Of a DNA stretch of 64,000 bases, positions 1-12,263 are shown one piece after another. Source of the DNA: Chiloscyllium plagiosum (Eukaryota); assembly GCF_004010195.1 (NCBI RefSeq), contig NC_057719.1, forward strand, positions 27,005,323 through 27,069,322, written 5' to 3'. How positions within the stretch are numbered: the first letter of the stretch is position 1; every line of letters begins with the position of its first letter. The notes under the pieces were generated by a model, which was not told the DNA's origin, made no database searches, and saw only the letters and a program-made list of their open reading frames with translations. Both the position numbers and the translations under genes were made by a program.

Positions 1-175
1 GGTACAATTGCAACATTTAAGAGGCATTTGGATGGGTATATGAATAGGAAGGGTTTGGAGGGATATGGGCCGAGTGCTGGCAGGTGGGACTAGGTTGGGT
101 TGGGATATCTGGTCGGCATGGACAGGTTGGACCGAAGGGTCTGTTTCTGTGCTGTACATCTCTATGACTCTATGA
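1..175 (+). mobile_element. 3' end of a CR1-clade LINE (HER1-like), cut by the window edge
   Basis: Nearly the same as the 3' end of the long CR1 at ~42723-42899; ends in the TCTATGAC-type tail (ctctatgactctatga). Confidence 0.9.
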
Positions 176-329
176 GATAGTGGGGGTGGAAAAGCCCTGA
201 ACAAGTTGAGAACTCAGAGAAAACTGAAAGGCTATTTTTAGGTTGGTGAAGTTAGCTGTCAGTGAAAAACTGGAGGTGTGCACAAGTCCAGGGAAAGAGG
301 GTGATCAACCAGAACAGAAAATAAACAAT

Positions 330-590
330 AATATGACTTTTAACATTGAGTAATCACAGCTGCCAGTTTAGATTAAAAAAATTACAGGGGTAATGTGTGA
401 CAGAATTTGAGATAACTCCAGGTTTGTATAGAGTGCAAGTGGGAGGCCGGATAGGTGCAGTTTGGAATAGGCAAGCTTGGAGATTACACAGTTAGGAATG
501 AACATCAAATGAACTGAGATCAAGCAGATTGATCTGTATTCAATGTTACAGGGATGGAAACAGCATGGCGGGAGTGAAGACCAAGCACAG
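330..590 (-). mobile_element. Degraded L2-like LINE fragment
   Basis: gtgggaggccggataggtgcagtttggaataggcaagcttggag resembles antisense L2 ORF2 3' sequence (recalled, not searched); heavily decayed. Confidence 0.4.
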
Positions 591-820
591 TGTTCAAGTA
601 AATAGGATTGGATTCCATGAGTAATGCTTTATGACCTGAGTTATGAGTGTATCTCTGGAACAAAGCAGAGGTGCGAAATGCTGGCTTCCATAAGGCAGCA
701 AATAAATTTAGCAAACCAATATATCAGGTTTAAAATGTCCTGATGTTTCTATTTTTAAGAGAAATCGAGAAGAAAATTTTGGATAGAATGCCATTTTCCC
801 AAACTTAACTTCAATCTTTG

Positions 821-1143
821 GGGTGGCATGGTGGCTCAGTGGTTAGCACTGCTGCCTCACAGCCCCAGGGACTCGGGTTCAATTCCAGCCTCGGATGACT
901 GTCTGTGTGGAGTTTGCACATACTCCCTGTGTCTGCATGGGTTTCCTCCGGGTGCTCTGGTTTCCTATTGTAGTCCAAAGATGTACAGGTTAGGTGAATT
1001 GGCCAAGTTAAATCACCCATAGTGTTCAGGGATTTGTAGATGAGGTGCATTAGTCAGGAGTAAACATAGAGGAAATAATATAGGAGGGTGGCTTACTCTT
1101 TGGAGAGTTGATGTGGACTTATTCCACACTGTAGGGATTCTAT
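821..1143 (+). mobile_element. HE1-type V-SINE (tRNA-derived)
   Basis: A-box tggctcagtgg, B-box gggttcaattcc, V-domain ctgtgtggagtttgcac...gggtttcctccgggtgctc, CR1-like tail ccacactgtagggattctat. Confidence 0.9.
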
Positions 1144-2684
1144 ACTTTTCATTGGCTGCTTTCCAAATGAAAAATCTGGATCATGTGATTTCTCAATCAA
1201 ACAACTGTGTTTCGTACAAAAAGATAGGACATATTAACTGAAGATTGAATTAGTGGTGTGTTAAAATTTGTATGGTGAACTAAGGAGTTCCCATCAGAGT
1301 TGTAAATAGCATGAAGTGTTTGACAAAATTTAATGTTTTCAATGGTTACAGGTGTAAATGTGGGGAGAATCAAGGGAAAATGAAGAGATGAAGATGGAAG
1401 CTAAGCAGAATTTGTATCTCTTGAAGGAGACGTTATCAGTCACAGTTATTAAAATGATTAAAACATGAATAAAGAACAACAAGTTATTTTCCTGTATAAG
1501 AAAGTGAATAAGGGATGAGACAAGGAAACAGTTAAAAAGGGATTGAGATGGATTGGGTTATGTTGGATGGCCTGAAAGCATTTTCCAGTGGACAAAAATT
1601 ATCTTTTCTTGAACAGGTAGAAGTTGAGCTGCACGACAGTAACTTGTAATTTATGTAGCACCTTTAACATAATAAAACATCCCAGTCCATTCACAGGAGT
1701 GTTATACAGCAACACTATGAAACAAAATAGTCTTGTGTTTTAACTTCCAAAATCATCATTGACTCTTTTCCAAGTAATGTCTCCAAATGCAAGAATGACA
1801 TTTTAGATCTTTTTTTAACAGCAAGTTCAAGCTTGCAAATAATCAACTTATGCTGAAATTAGCAAACTTGCAAACATTTTACAGTTAATGATCCAGTATA
1901 AACAGTATTTTTAAAATTTGCCTATTTATGTTTAGACAGATGAATAATTTTATAATTTTCACACCAGTGATGTGCTCTGTCAACCTGACATTTACAGGAA
2001 TATACATTTTTACAGAAATTCAGTATGTTGGTTTGCTGTCTTACATTGCAGAGTATTCAGATTTTATATTATCGTGAGGAGCTTTTGTTCAACCTATGAA
2101 AATTTATAGATTGTGCATTTTATCTGAAGTTGCAGCTAAACCAAGTTATTAGAAATTTAGAATGGAAGATGAGTCTGCTGTTGTATTTATTGAGAATTTC
2201 TCTGTCTCAATGTGAGGATCTGATGCAATTTGGTTTCCACCAGCCTATCTGAAATAGACATTCATAATCAAAGACAATGTCCCACTTTTACATTGTGACT
2301 TTGTTATCCTCCCATATCTAGTTAAGACTGGTGTGATGAATTCTTCAGCCACATATGGTTGCTCATGATCAACCTTTGTATTGCTTAATAGTCTTTATAA
2401 GATATAAAACTCACATAAATAATAGAATTGATTAATATTGAGCATCAAGCTGTTGCTTATCTGTACTGTACCAGACAATTGTACTTGCCATTATTTCTGG
2501 GTCTCTGAAATGTTAAACATCTTTGCAACCTCACTGAATGCTATTTGTAAATGATCAAGCCTCTAACTACATGCAAAGGTGCCCATAAGAACTGATCTAT
2601 TGCAGCAATTTTGCTTTGTTGTGGAAATGTGAGAGTTGTTTGAACTGCTACCTGCAAAGTATCTGTGGAGTTCACAAATATCAG

Positions 2685-2885
2685 TTTGGCTCAGTTGGTG
2701 ATATTTTGTCTTTGTGTCAGAAAGTTAGATAGTGAAGTTCCACTCTTAGTTCTGAGCATTTAGCTTGGAACTACACATCACTGAAATACTGAAGGAGTGT
2801 TGCTTTCCGAGAAGACGTTTGAATTAAAAACATAACAGTCCTCTGATATGCCAGCTACCAACATTCTTCCTCAACCAATAGTGCT
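2685..2885 (+). mobile_element. Degraded tRNA-headed Deu-domain SINE (SacSINE1-like)
   Basis: Head tggctcagttggtg...gtcagaaag matches the head of the 43065-43620 copy; later caacattcttcctcaacca is Deu-like. Confidence 0.45.
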
Positions 2886-4035
2886 TAAGGAATACTGCTG
2901 AAAATCTCCCCTCCAATGCATAAACTGGATGTGAAATTTGCCTCTATAATAGCAATGACTACAGTTGTTCGTTGGCTATGAATTTGTGCATCTTGTGGAT
3001 GTGGTAAAGCACAGCTAAGTTTCTTTGTTCTTCTTTGAAATTTGGCAAAATTTGAGTTGAGAAGTTGGCAAAAGTTGAGAAGCAACTCAGACTCAGAACA
3101 ATTAGGGCAAGCTTTCGCTATTGCATTTCTTTATCTAGTTCACAGGGATGTGATGCAATCTATTGAGAGCTTTGACTTTTGTTCCTCGCACTAAGCTGAG
3201 AAATGTATTTAAAACAAATGGCTAAAGTTTCAGTTTTGCATTCCTGACGCACATGGACACATCAAAATAGGTTCACAGCTATCTTGATCGGTCTTGCTGT
3301 TCATTCTTCTGTACCATGTATTAAAGCTCAGTCATTGCTTCCACAGCGAAGGGAATATTCTTGTTAGAATTATTCTCCCAGACAAGAGAGGTTCTTCTGG
3401 CTGAGTCCCAGGAATTCGGGCTAGGATTTGACCAGGCGCTGACTAGGATGGATAGGCCTCATTGATGTCTTTGGTTGTTTTCTTTCAAATCTAAAATATG
3501 TAAATAACCTGAAGTTACCATATGCATTTGACATTCTGTTACACTTGTGCTTTGAAGCACTTTGCTCTGATAAAGTATCATTTTGACCATTAATACCCAG
3601 GATTAGTCATACCCATTAGTAGTACAGAGTAAGTGAACTCATCCTGCATGATAAGATGAGAATGTATAATCTATGGTGTTTACCTTTTTATCAGTCACCT
3701 TCCTGTGTTGGTATTAAAGAACATCAAGCTCCCACAGTCTCTGGGCTGACACCCTTCCTTTCCTGCAATTCCACCAAAGACAGGTTTAACTGCATATTCA
3801 TTTTCTTGCTGCTTGTAGAATCTTGGGATTCACAAAGCTGTCTCTCACATTTCTCTACTTCAGAGCAATCACATTTGCAAAGGAACTCACTCTTTGTGAA
3901 GTGCTTTGAATCATAGAATCCCTACAACCTGGCAGCAGGCCATTCTGCCCGTTAAGTCCACACCGACTTTCAAAAAGCATCCCACTCAGACACAGGCCCC
4001 CTATTCTATCCCTAAGACCTTGCAATTACCATGGC

Positions 4036-4255
4036 AAAAGTGAGGACTGCAGATGCTGGAAACCAGAGTTTAGATCAGAGTGCTGCTGGAAACGCACAGC
4101 AAGTCAGGCAGCATCCGAGGAACAGGAAAATCGACATATCGGGCAAAAGCCCTTCATCAGTCCTGATGAAGGGCTTTGGCCCGAAATGTCGATTTTCCTG
4201 CTCCTCGGATGCTGCCTGACCGGCTGTGCTTTTCCAGCACCACTCTGATCTAAAC
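4036..4255. mobile_element. Non-autonomous PLE-derived fold-back element, family A
   Basis: ~93-bp inverted arms 4068-4255 centred on cttcatcag-tc-ctgatgaag; same sequence family as the PLE terminal repeats at 19486-19600 and 24040-24160; degenerate TSD 4018-4035 / 4255-4272 (14/18). Confidence 0.85.
4163..4190 (+). ncRNA. Minimal type-I hammerhead ribozyme motif (family A)
   Basis: CUGAUGA-A-GGGC(UUUG)GCCC-GAAA-UG-UC; core residues intact, ACGU palindrome decayed to AUGU. Confidence 0.65.
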
Positions 4256-4639
4256 CCTGCATTTACTATGACCAGTCCACCTAACCTGTACATCTTTGGA
4301 CTGTGGGAGGAAACCCATGCAGACATGGTGAGAATGTGCAAACTCTACATAGAGAGTGGGATTCAACCCGGGTCCCTGGTATTGTGAGGCAGCAGCGCTA
4401 ACTACTGAGTCACCATGCTGCCCTTTGGGGCAGAGGCATCCTCAGAAATCATTATAATAATGATTTGAATCTTCTGAAGTGCAGCAGTCACTGGGCTGTT
4501 GGTACAATCAGGTTCCACTTTACTGGCCAGGTCTTCTGTTCCAAGCACCTTCAGAAATGCTGGGTGCACCAAATCTTTAATTCCTTCCTGGTTCAAAGGA
4601 AGGATCACCACGAGTAGTCAAGATTGGCAGCATTTGCTG

Positions 4640-4822
4640 CCAGCTCAGTTGGCTGGACAGCTGGTTTGCAATGCAGAGTGATGCCAACACCATGGGTTCA
4701 ATTCTGGCACTGGCTGAGGTTAGATGAAGGACTTTTCTCCTCACCTGAGTTATGGTGACACCACTCATCTTTGTCTAACAAGAGAGTAGCCCTATGGTAT
4801 AGTAGGGCTACGATGACTTTAC
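4640..4822 (+). mobile_element. tRNA-derived SINE of a different family
   Basis: A-box-like agctcagttgg and B-box gggttcaattc ~50 nt apart; small hairpin gtagccct...agggctac and a gactttacc end. Confidence 0.5.
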
Positions 4823-5080
4823 CGTTACACTTCTCTCCAATAAAATGTAGTTAACTGTTTTCACCAAAAGCCAATTATATAGTTTTCTTGTGCGATAGAA
4901 AGCGCAGGTTTATTTTCTACTATTCCTGAGAAAAAAATACAACACAATGACAGGAGCAAAGGAACTGTGACCAATACCAAAGGAATATACAGTATAAATC
5001 CTTAAAGAGTCTTTTAGGCTAAATGTTTTAATCTGAGATTACTGTTGTTTAGCTGCTAACTTGAATCATTAACGTATGCA

Positions 5081-5820
5081 GAGTTGGGCTGAAAAGTAGC
5101 AAGTAACATTCGCACCACAAAAATGCCAGGCATTGACCATTTCCAATAAGAGACATCTAACCACTGCCTGTGGTGTTACCGAATCCTCTGCAATCAACAC
5201 TATTGGCATTATCATTCACCAGAAACTCAATTGGATTCGCCACATAAATACAGTGGGTACAACAGCATTCCAGAGGCTAGCTATACTGTGGAGAGTAACT
5301 AACCTCTTGACTCCCCAAAACCTTCTCATCATCTACTTAACACAAGTCAAGAGTGTAATGAAAAAGTCCCCACTTGCCTGGATGGGTAGAGCTCCAACAG
5401 CACTCCAGAAGCTTGCCACCATCCATGACAAAGCAGCCTGCTTGATTGGCACCAAATCCGTCAGCGAGCACTCCCTCCACCATTGATGCTCAGTGGTAGC
5501 AGCGTGTACTATCTACAAGATGCACTGCAGAAATTCACCAAAGATACTTAAACAGCAATTTGCAAACTCATGACCGCTTACATCTGGAATGGCAAGGGTC
5601 ACAGCTGCATGCGAACACCCCACTCACCATCCTGAAATATAACCTTTACTGTTGCTCAGTCCAAATTCTGGAATTCCCTCTCTAATCCCCTCTCATAATG
5701 GGAATGTGGAGTGCACTGATCCAAGAACGCAGCTACTGCTACCTTCTAAAGAGCAACTAGGGACTGGCAGTAAATACTACCCAGCTAGCAACACCCATGT
5801 CCCATGAGTGATTAAAAAGA
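5081..5820 (+). mobile_element. 3' part of a CR1/L2-group LINE (second LINE family)
   Basis: ORF 5133-5486 reads as an RT C-terminus (IGIIIHQKLNWIRHIN...IYLTQVKSVMKKSPLAW); A-rich end gagtgattaaaaaga; related piece at 63820-64000. Confidence 0.8.
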
Positions 5821-6267
5821 AATTACAAATGTTGCAGTTATCCTTTTTAAATTCTATGTCCTGATATTTCTCTAAAATAAATAGTGTCAATGGGTGCTTT
5901 TCTTTCTCAAGAAGCTGAGAGACTGCTTTGTCCAGCAGTTTCTCATTCTGGAGTCAGTAATCCTTCTCCCTTTCCCTGCCACAAGCAGTTCCTTGAAAGA
6001 CAAACATGTTTTGTACATTCCATCTGCTGAAGTTGTTTTTTTCAGGTTTGTTAATTGTAGACAAAGTTCCAGTTCTGACCTGTAAAGATTCCCATAAGGA
6101 GTAAATCAAAATAGGAGATAAGGGACACTTTACTCTTGACTGGGTTGACTGGTTTCGGTACATTTTTGATTTTAAAAAATGTTGGATTAAATATTTTCTT
6201 TGGCTAAACACAAGTTTTATGGAGGGTTTCTCACCACAAGGCCCAGTGAGATTTCTCATCATATACA

Positions 6268-6757
6268 GTCATAGAGATGTACAGCACAGAAACAGACCCT
6301 TTGGTCCAACTCTTCCATGCTGACCAGATATCCTAAATTAATCTAGTCCCATTTGCCAGCACTTGGCCCATACCACTCTAAACCCTTCCTATTCATTCAC
6401 CCATGCAGATGCCTTTTAAATGTTGTAATTGTACCAACCTCCACCACTTCCTCTATACACGCATTGCCCTCTGCTTGAAAAGTTGCTCCTTATGTCCCTT
6501 TTAAATTTTTCCCCTCTGACCCTAAACCTATGCCCTGTAGTTCTGGACTGCCCCAACGTAGGGAAAAGACCTTGTCTATTTGCCCTATTCACACCCCCCA
6601 TGATTTTATAAACCTCTATAAGATTACACCTCAACCTCCGATGCTCCAGGGAAAACAGCCCCAGTTTATTCAGCTTCTCCCTATAGCTCAAAACCTCCAA
6701 CCCTAGCAAATCCTTGTAAATATTTTCTGAACCCTTTCAATCTTCACAACATCCTTC
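6268..6757 (-). mobile_element. 5'-truncated HER1/CR1 LINE
   Basis: ORF 6416-6709 (LSYREKLNKLGLFSLEHRRLR); antisense tail gtcatagag. Confidence 0.9.
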
Positions 6758-7213
6758 ACAACATCAGAGCATGCCAATCTGGTCAAGTTTGCCACCTGGA
6801 TCAGGACAACTTCAGCTGTCTGGAGAAATGCCTAGCAAGAAACTCAATGTTCTTCTCCACTCCACCAGCACAAGAGTCATCTTCTCTCTAATACCTCATG
6901 CTCACTCTAGCTCTGCTGCTGCATCCAACTCCCACCAAAGCTCATGTTCTACCACACTTACTGTTGTCTGTGACATGGAATATTGGCTATGAAAGGAATG
7001 TGTGTAGATACGAGATAATTATATAAGCAAGGCGATTGGAATCCATTATCCATGACCGTACTTTGGTCACTGAACAGTTGGATACAAAAGATCATATGAG
7101 AAGTGAAACACTTCTTAGTTTTTGCAATTGTTTTGCAGGGTCACGCAAATATAGCACTGAAGAAACAAATTTCTGAGAGGGTAATATGACTTTTACATTG
7201 AATCTGCAAATTT

Positions 7214-7232
7214 TGTGTGTGTGTGTGTGTGT
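7214..7232. repeat. (TG)n microsatellite
   Basis: Direct reading. Confidence 0.9.
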
Positions 7233-7325
7233 TCTTTTAATGGTGGCAATCTGTAATTAGCTAAATGCTGATTAAATTGGCAAGCAAATGCTTTTTCTTT
7301 TAAAAGCCTGTTATGGTTCAACAAG

Positions 7326-7573
7326 ATTTGGAGATGCTGGTGTTGGACTGGGGTGTACAAAGTTAAAAATCACACAACACCAGGTTATGGTCCAACAGGT
7401 TTAATTGGAAGCACACTGGCTTTTGGAGCGTCGCTCCTTCATCAGGTGGTAGTGGAGGGCTCAATCCTAACGCACAGAATTTATAGCAAAAATTTACAGT
7501 GTGATGTAACTGAAATTATACATTGAAAAATTGATTGTCTGTTAAGCCTTTCATCTGTTAGAATACAGTGATA
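7326..7573 (-). mobile_element. PLE terminal-repeat fragment, family B, with decayed hammerhead (7417-7445)
   Basis: Matches the end of the GIY-YIG-bearing element at 11165; 10-bp TSD gttcaacaag at 7316-7325 and 7574-7583. Confidence 0.85.
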
Positions 7574-8126
7574 GTTCAACAAGGAGTGGGAAAGACAAAA
7601 ACAATTCTACTCCTCACCTTATCATAACACTTCACATTTCTCTGTATAAATTTCCTGCTAGGGCCTGTTTCCATGCTGTATGACTGTATGACTCTATGTA
7701 TCTGTTTATTCTATACATTTGTCTACGTCTTACTAAAATCTGTTAAAAATTACCTCCTGTGCCATGATTGATAAATTAATGTCGGATCTGGTTTGGGGGT
7801 AAGCAAGGTAAACTTTGGCTTCTGGGCTGGTTTACCCCCATGATCCTAGGCCGAGTTCTTAAATGAGGATGGCTGAGGACAGATCTACTGTCCATTGCTT
7901 CCCAATAGTCAGCTAGTTAAGGCAAATGACAAATAATGATCAGATAGATACCATTCCTACATGAGCTGGATTCTTCAGTCAACAATATTTGCAGGCTATG
8001 TCATTCTGGACCATGTCCTCAAGGTAGTAAGTGGGAAGACTCTGAAAAATCACATAAAGTGACTACTAGATATCCCATGTGGGATAGCTCTGCCATGATC
8101 GTGGTCGGACAACTGTGGCCATTTTA

Positions 8127-8226
8127 AACAAAAATAGAAATTGCTGAAAAAGCTGAACAGATGTTGCAGCGTCTGTGGAGAGAAATCAGAGTTAACATTT
8201 CAGATCGAGTGACCCTTCCTCAGAAG
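8127..8226 (-). mobile_element. PLE-type terminal-repeat fragment, family C, hammerhead motif at 8194-8223
   Basis: Minus strand reads CUGAGGA-A-GGGUC(ACUC)GAUCU-GAAA-UG-UU-AAC; homologous to 27710-27815. Confidence 0.7.
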
Positions 8227-8486
8227 TATGTCCATTTTAATTTGTTTTGAAAACTGGCCTTTTCCTTTTGAAGTTGAGGTGCCCTCTTTTTTACCATCAC
8301 AAAAATGCAGTTCCCACCTCAGGTGGTGCTGTTGCTGATGTATTCATGTGCAGAGGCTTCCCATTGGGATTCTAGCATTGAGAGCCCACCTTGCCATCCT
8401 TAATCAGACAGTGACTCTATTCCCTGCTATTAATTGATGTGGCCCTTTAGAAATCTGCATGGGTGTGTTTGAGATGCTGCCACGCA

Positions 8487-8583
8487 ACAAAGGCTGCGAT
8501 TTCTAAATTTGGAATCCGAAACCCAGTGCTGATGTTAGTCGGCGCTGGGTTTCGGATTCCAAATTAGAAATCACAGCCATTGT
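8487..8583. repeat. Near-perfect ~45-bp inverted repeat with a ~6-nt loop
   Basis: ggctgcgatttctaaatttggaatccgaaacccagtgctga / tcggcgctgggtttcggattccaaattagaaatcacagcc. Confidence 0.9.
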
Positions 8584-10504
8584 TTATTGTGTTGCCAAGT
8601 TTCATGAACCTCAGATTTATAATCCATATGCCCAGTCAAATGCTTGAACACTGTATACAGTGTATTTCACTCATTCTGAAAGTCAAGCATTCAATAATAA
8701 CCTGGCTTGGGTCTTGGGCTTTGGTTCATGGATCTTGATTTTGCTCACAGTTTATTTCAATGGCTTTGACATTTCATTTATCTTTAAACCACAAAGTCCT
8801 CATCAAGCTTCTATTATTTTGTATGCTTGAATGTTTGAACATTAAATATTAAGTTTGTTCCAAATTTATATGAAATAGTGTTTAAAATTTGGCAGAGAAT
8901 ATACATAGATAATCCTTTTCTATTCTAGTAAATATGGCTTAATTTGAAATTAAAATAGCTAATTATTAAACCTTTCTTTCCTGGAATATGCAGCTGACAT
9001 TTAATTATCACTGCAGTTTATATTTGTTTTATATTTGTTTCAGTAAATATTTCTTTTGGTCGTTTCATTCTCACACAGGGTTTGGTTGAACTCTGAAATG
9101 TGCAGGCTGGGAGTGTGGGTGAGGGAGGTTCAGTCAAGGCATTGAAAGTGGAATAAGTGGCTATTTGTAAAGAAATAAAGAGAAAAAGCAGGAGAATGGC
9201 CCTAATTGGGATATCATTTGGAGACCCAACATAGAAATGATGCGCTGTAAAACTGGTTGGATTTTTTTTCATGCAAAAATAACTTGCAAATGAAATGAAG
9301 TACTGATTAACCCCCTGTATAATCCATGTTGCAGAATTAGTTTGGAACAGTTATTATGATTGGCATGTAAAGCCACATCATTCTAGGTACTCTAACCATA
9401 GTGATCAAGAGTTAAAAAGAACAATTGATTTTTCTTGTTTGTTGAGCAAGAAATCTTCTCCTTGGTTATTGTTCCTAAACGTAATATCAACATCATTCCA
9501 TTTTATTCGTATTATTGAAGGAACCCCTTGGGAATTGAACTTTGTCCATATTTTTTAGCTTTATATTGAGTAAAGTGCTCTCATCTGTGACTTGGCTTAC
9601 TATTTTACTTAAAAATATGGTATTGACTATGATTGTAATTGGTTGTAATTCAAAAAGTGTGTTTGATGGTAATGTAGATTTTGATACAGCACAAACAGAT
9701 TTGAATTTGAGTGCAATAACTTATTGACTGCATAACATTATCAGTAGGTAAATTGAACCGAGATAGAGCACATGAATTATGTTTGAGCTGAGAGACTGTT
9801 ATTCGCAAACTGAACAAGCATGTTCAAAAAGATAGCTTGAGATTTAATTAACCATCATTGTCTGTGTAACTGTTGGTCTATACGATTTCCATTGAAGTGG
9901 GTATTGATCATTTATTCAGATGGAAGCTAATTAATTTTGAGAAAGTTGCCAAGACGTCCCACAGAGAAATAATGAGCTGAAGCGGTTGCTAAAAGAATGT
10001 AAAATAAATTACGCTCAGCTTTAAATTACATAGCAATGTGGAATAGAACTCCTTTTATTTCCAAATTGTACTTCATGTCTTAGACAAAGGAAACAAGTCA
10101 TCTACACTCCTTGTGGACAAGGAGCTATTTGCAGTAATCTAGTATGGTATTATTTTTAGTTAAAGGATTATGTATTAGGTGAAAGAAATGTAATGGAAAT
10201 GCCAGTAATGTCTGATTCTGATTCTGGTGTGATTGTTGATACTCTGCTGAAACACCAACTAGACATGGCAAGAGTTACTGATCACTTGTCTTTTCTTGAT
10301 TTTGTTATTGTGTGAATTTTCACACTATACTTTGCTGCTGTCAGAAAGCTGTCTATATATCAGGGTTGATTTGTAGTGAGAATGGAGCCATTTATTTTGC
10401 TTTAATCCACCCCCCCCCCCCACCACCCAACTGGATTATTTTTTATTGAAAACATGCTCTCCTTTCCCGGGGAAGACAGGAGCAGTGTTTCAAATTTTTT
10501 AAAC

Positions 10505-10830
10505 AATTAATTCATGGGGTATGGTGTCAGTGTCTGGGCCAATATTTGTTGTCCATCCATAATTGCCCAGGGAGCATTTACAAGTTAACCATATTGTACA
10601 GGTCTGCAATCATATGTAGGGCAGGTAGATTTCCTTTACTAAAGGCCACTAGTGAACCAAATGAGTTTTTATGACAATCAACAGTGTTTTTGTGTTTGCC
10701 TCAGTTTTCATTCCACAGTTAGATTGAATTCAAATTTCACCATCTGCTTTGGTGGGAGTTGAACTCGTGTTCCCAGAACATTATCCTTGGATTCAAGATT
10801 ACTAGCCCAGTGATATTACAGTCTACCAGC
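10505..10830 (-). mobile_element. tRNA-derived SINE sharing its 3' tail with the 5081-5820 LINE
   Basis: Antisense homologue of 37115-37462 (ttgaattcaaatttcaccatctgc; gtgaaccaaatgagttttt). Confidence 0.7.
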
Positions 10831-11164
10831 ACCTCCCGAAACTGAGAGATGTGGTTCTGTAATCCCAAGTTTGAGACTTCCACAACTCCTTTCTAGAAAA
10901 AAGAATGTGACCAAGTATTTCCTGAAACAGAATAAGAAAAATTTGTGACAAACTTCTGGAGCCTAAAGTATTCGAGAAGTTCTGCTGTTTCCGAGTCTGA
11001 ACAAGTATATTCTCCACCTGAGTCAACAGAATGTTAAAGCCACTTTTCTTGTAAGACCTTCAAATTTTTGGCTGAGAACTTTGAGAAAATTAATGGCATA
11101 AATCTAGCCATTTCCTACTTCCAACTGATTTCACACTTCTGAAGTGACAGCCATTAAGTTACTG

Positions 11165-12263
11165 ATTTGAAGATGCTGGTGTTGGACTGGGGTGAACAAA
11201 GTTAAAAATAACGCAACGCCAGGTTATTGTCCAACAGGTTTATTTGGAAGCTCTAGCTTTTGGAACGCTGCTCCTTCATCAAGTGGTTGTGGTGTATAAG
11301 ATCATAAGACACAGAGTTCATAGCAAAAGTTTACAGTGTGCTGTAACTGAAATTATATATTGAAAAATACCTGGATTGTTTGTTACGTCTCTCATCTTTT
11401 AGAATGACCATGTTGGTTTCAATTCTTTCATTTGTAAACCACAGAACTTTTTTAAAGTTGCTTTCTCAAGTGAACTTTAACAATCGATGTCATGTAGGCC
11501 CAGATAATGCATTGAAGGTGTGAGGTGCCCTGTGTGAGACTGTCTGCGCCACAATGTTCAGACTGATTCTAATCTAAAAAATAGATTTTTAGAGTCTTAC
11601 ATGGATTTATGCAGTTTTTGAGAAAAATAAAATGTGATTCTGCAAGTACAAATTCATTCCACAAATTTGTGTGTGTGTGTGCACACATGTGGGTGTGTGT
11701 CTATGGGTAGGAGTTATGAGTTTATGTGAGAGAGTGTGTGTGAGTGTAAAGGGGTATGAGAGGGTGCGTGTGTGCGTATGAGTGCGCAAGTGCATGTGTG
11801 ACCGTATGAGAAAGAGAGCTTGTGTATGAGAGAGGGTCTGCATGAGTATGTGGGTCTAGAAGAGTGTGTGTGTGTGTGTGTGTGTAGTGCAGTGGGATCA
11901 CCTGAAGTGTGACATGAACCCAAGGTCCTAGTTGAGGCCATCCCCATAGGTACCGAACTTGGCTATCAGACTCTGCTCGGCCACTTTGCGTTGTTGCCTG
12001 TCCCAAAGTCCGCCTTGGAGGATGGTCACCCGAAGGTCTGAGGTTGAATGTTCTGGACCGCTGAAATGTTCTCTGACTAGGAGGGAACATTCCTGTCTGT
12101 TGATTGTTGTGCGGTATCCATTCATCTGTTGCTATAGCCTCTGCTCAGTCTCGCCAATGTACCAGGCCTCAGGCCTTATCATTGCCTGCAGTGTATGAGA
12201 TAGACAACGTTGGCTGAGTCGAATGAGTACCTGCCACGTACACGGTGGGAGGTGTTCCCATAG
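11165..12263 (-). mobile_element. 5'-truncated Penelope-like element, family B
   Basis: ORF 11928-12125 (RTTINRQ...VREHFSGPEHSTSDLRVTILQGG...AEQSLIAKFGT..GLN) is a GIY-YIG C-terminus; (CA)n-rich UTR; decayed hammerhead ~11254-11282; TSD ttaagttactg / ttaaattactg at 11154-11164 / 12264-12274. Confidence 0.88.

Larger units (their letters stand above)
3909..4423 (-). mobile_element. HE1 V-SINE interrupted by a PLE-derived hairpin
   Basis: Antisense tail (catagaatccctac) at 3912; V-domain and tRNA head at 4273-4423; insertion at 4036-4255. Confidence 0.85.

Noticed and set aside
821..895. tRNA-like A/B boxes here and at other HE1 copies
   Set aside because: These are SINE heads followed by the V-domain, not tRNA genes.
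4068..4255. Hairpin as a pre-miRNA or DNA-transposon MITE
   Set aside because: Its sequence matches PLE terminal repeats elsewhere in the window, with unequal arms and a long TSD.
9300..10400. Repeat-poor AT-rich stretch with TAAT motifs, as a possible conserved enhancer (also ~28700-29800 and ~34200-35450)
   Set aside because: Such motifs are expected at this base composition; conservation cannot be judged without alignments.
11607..12090. His/Thr-rich ORFs
   Set aside because: Translations of (CA)n repeats.
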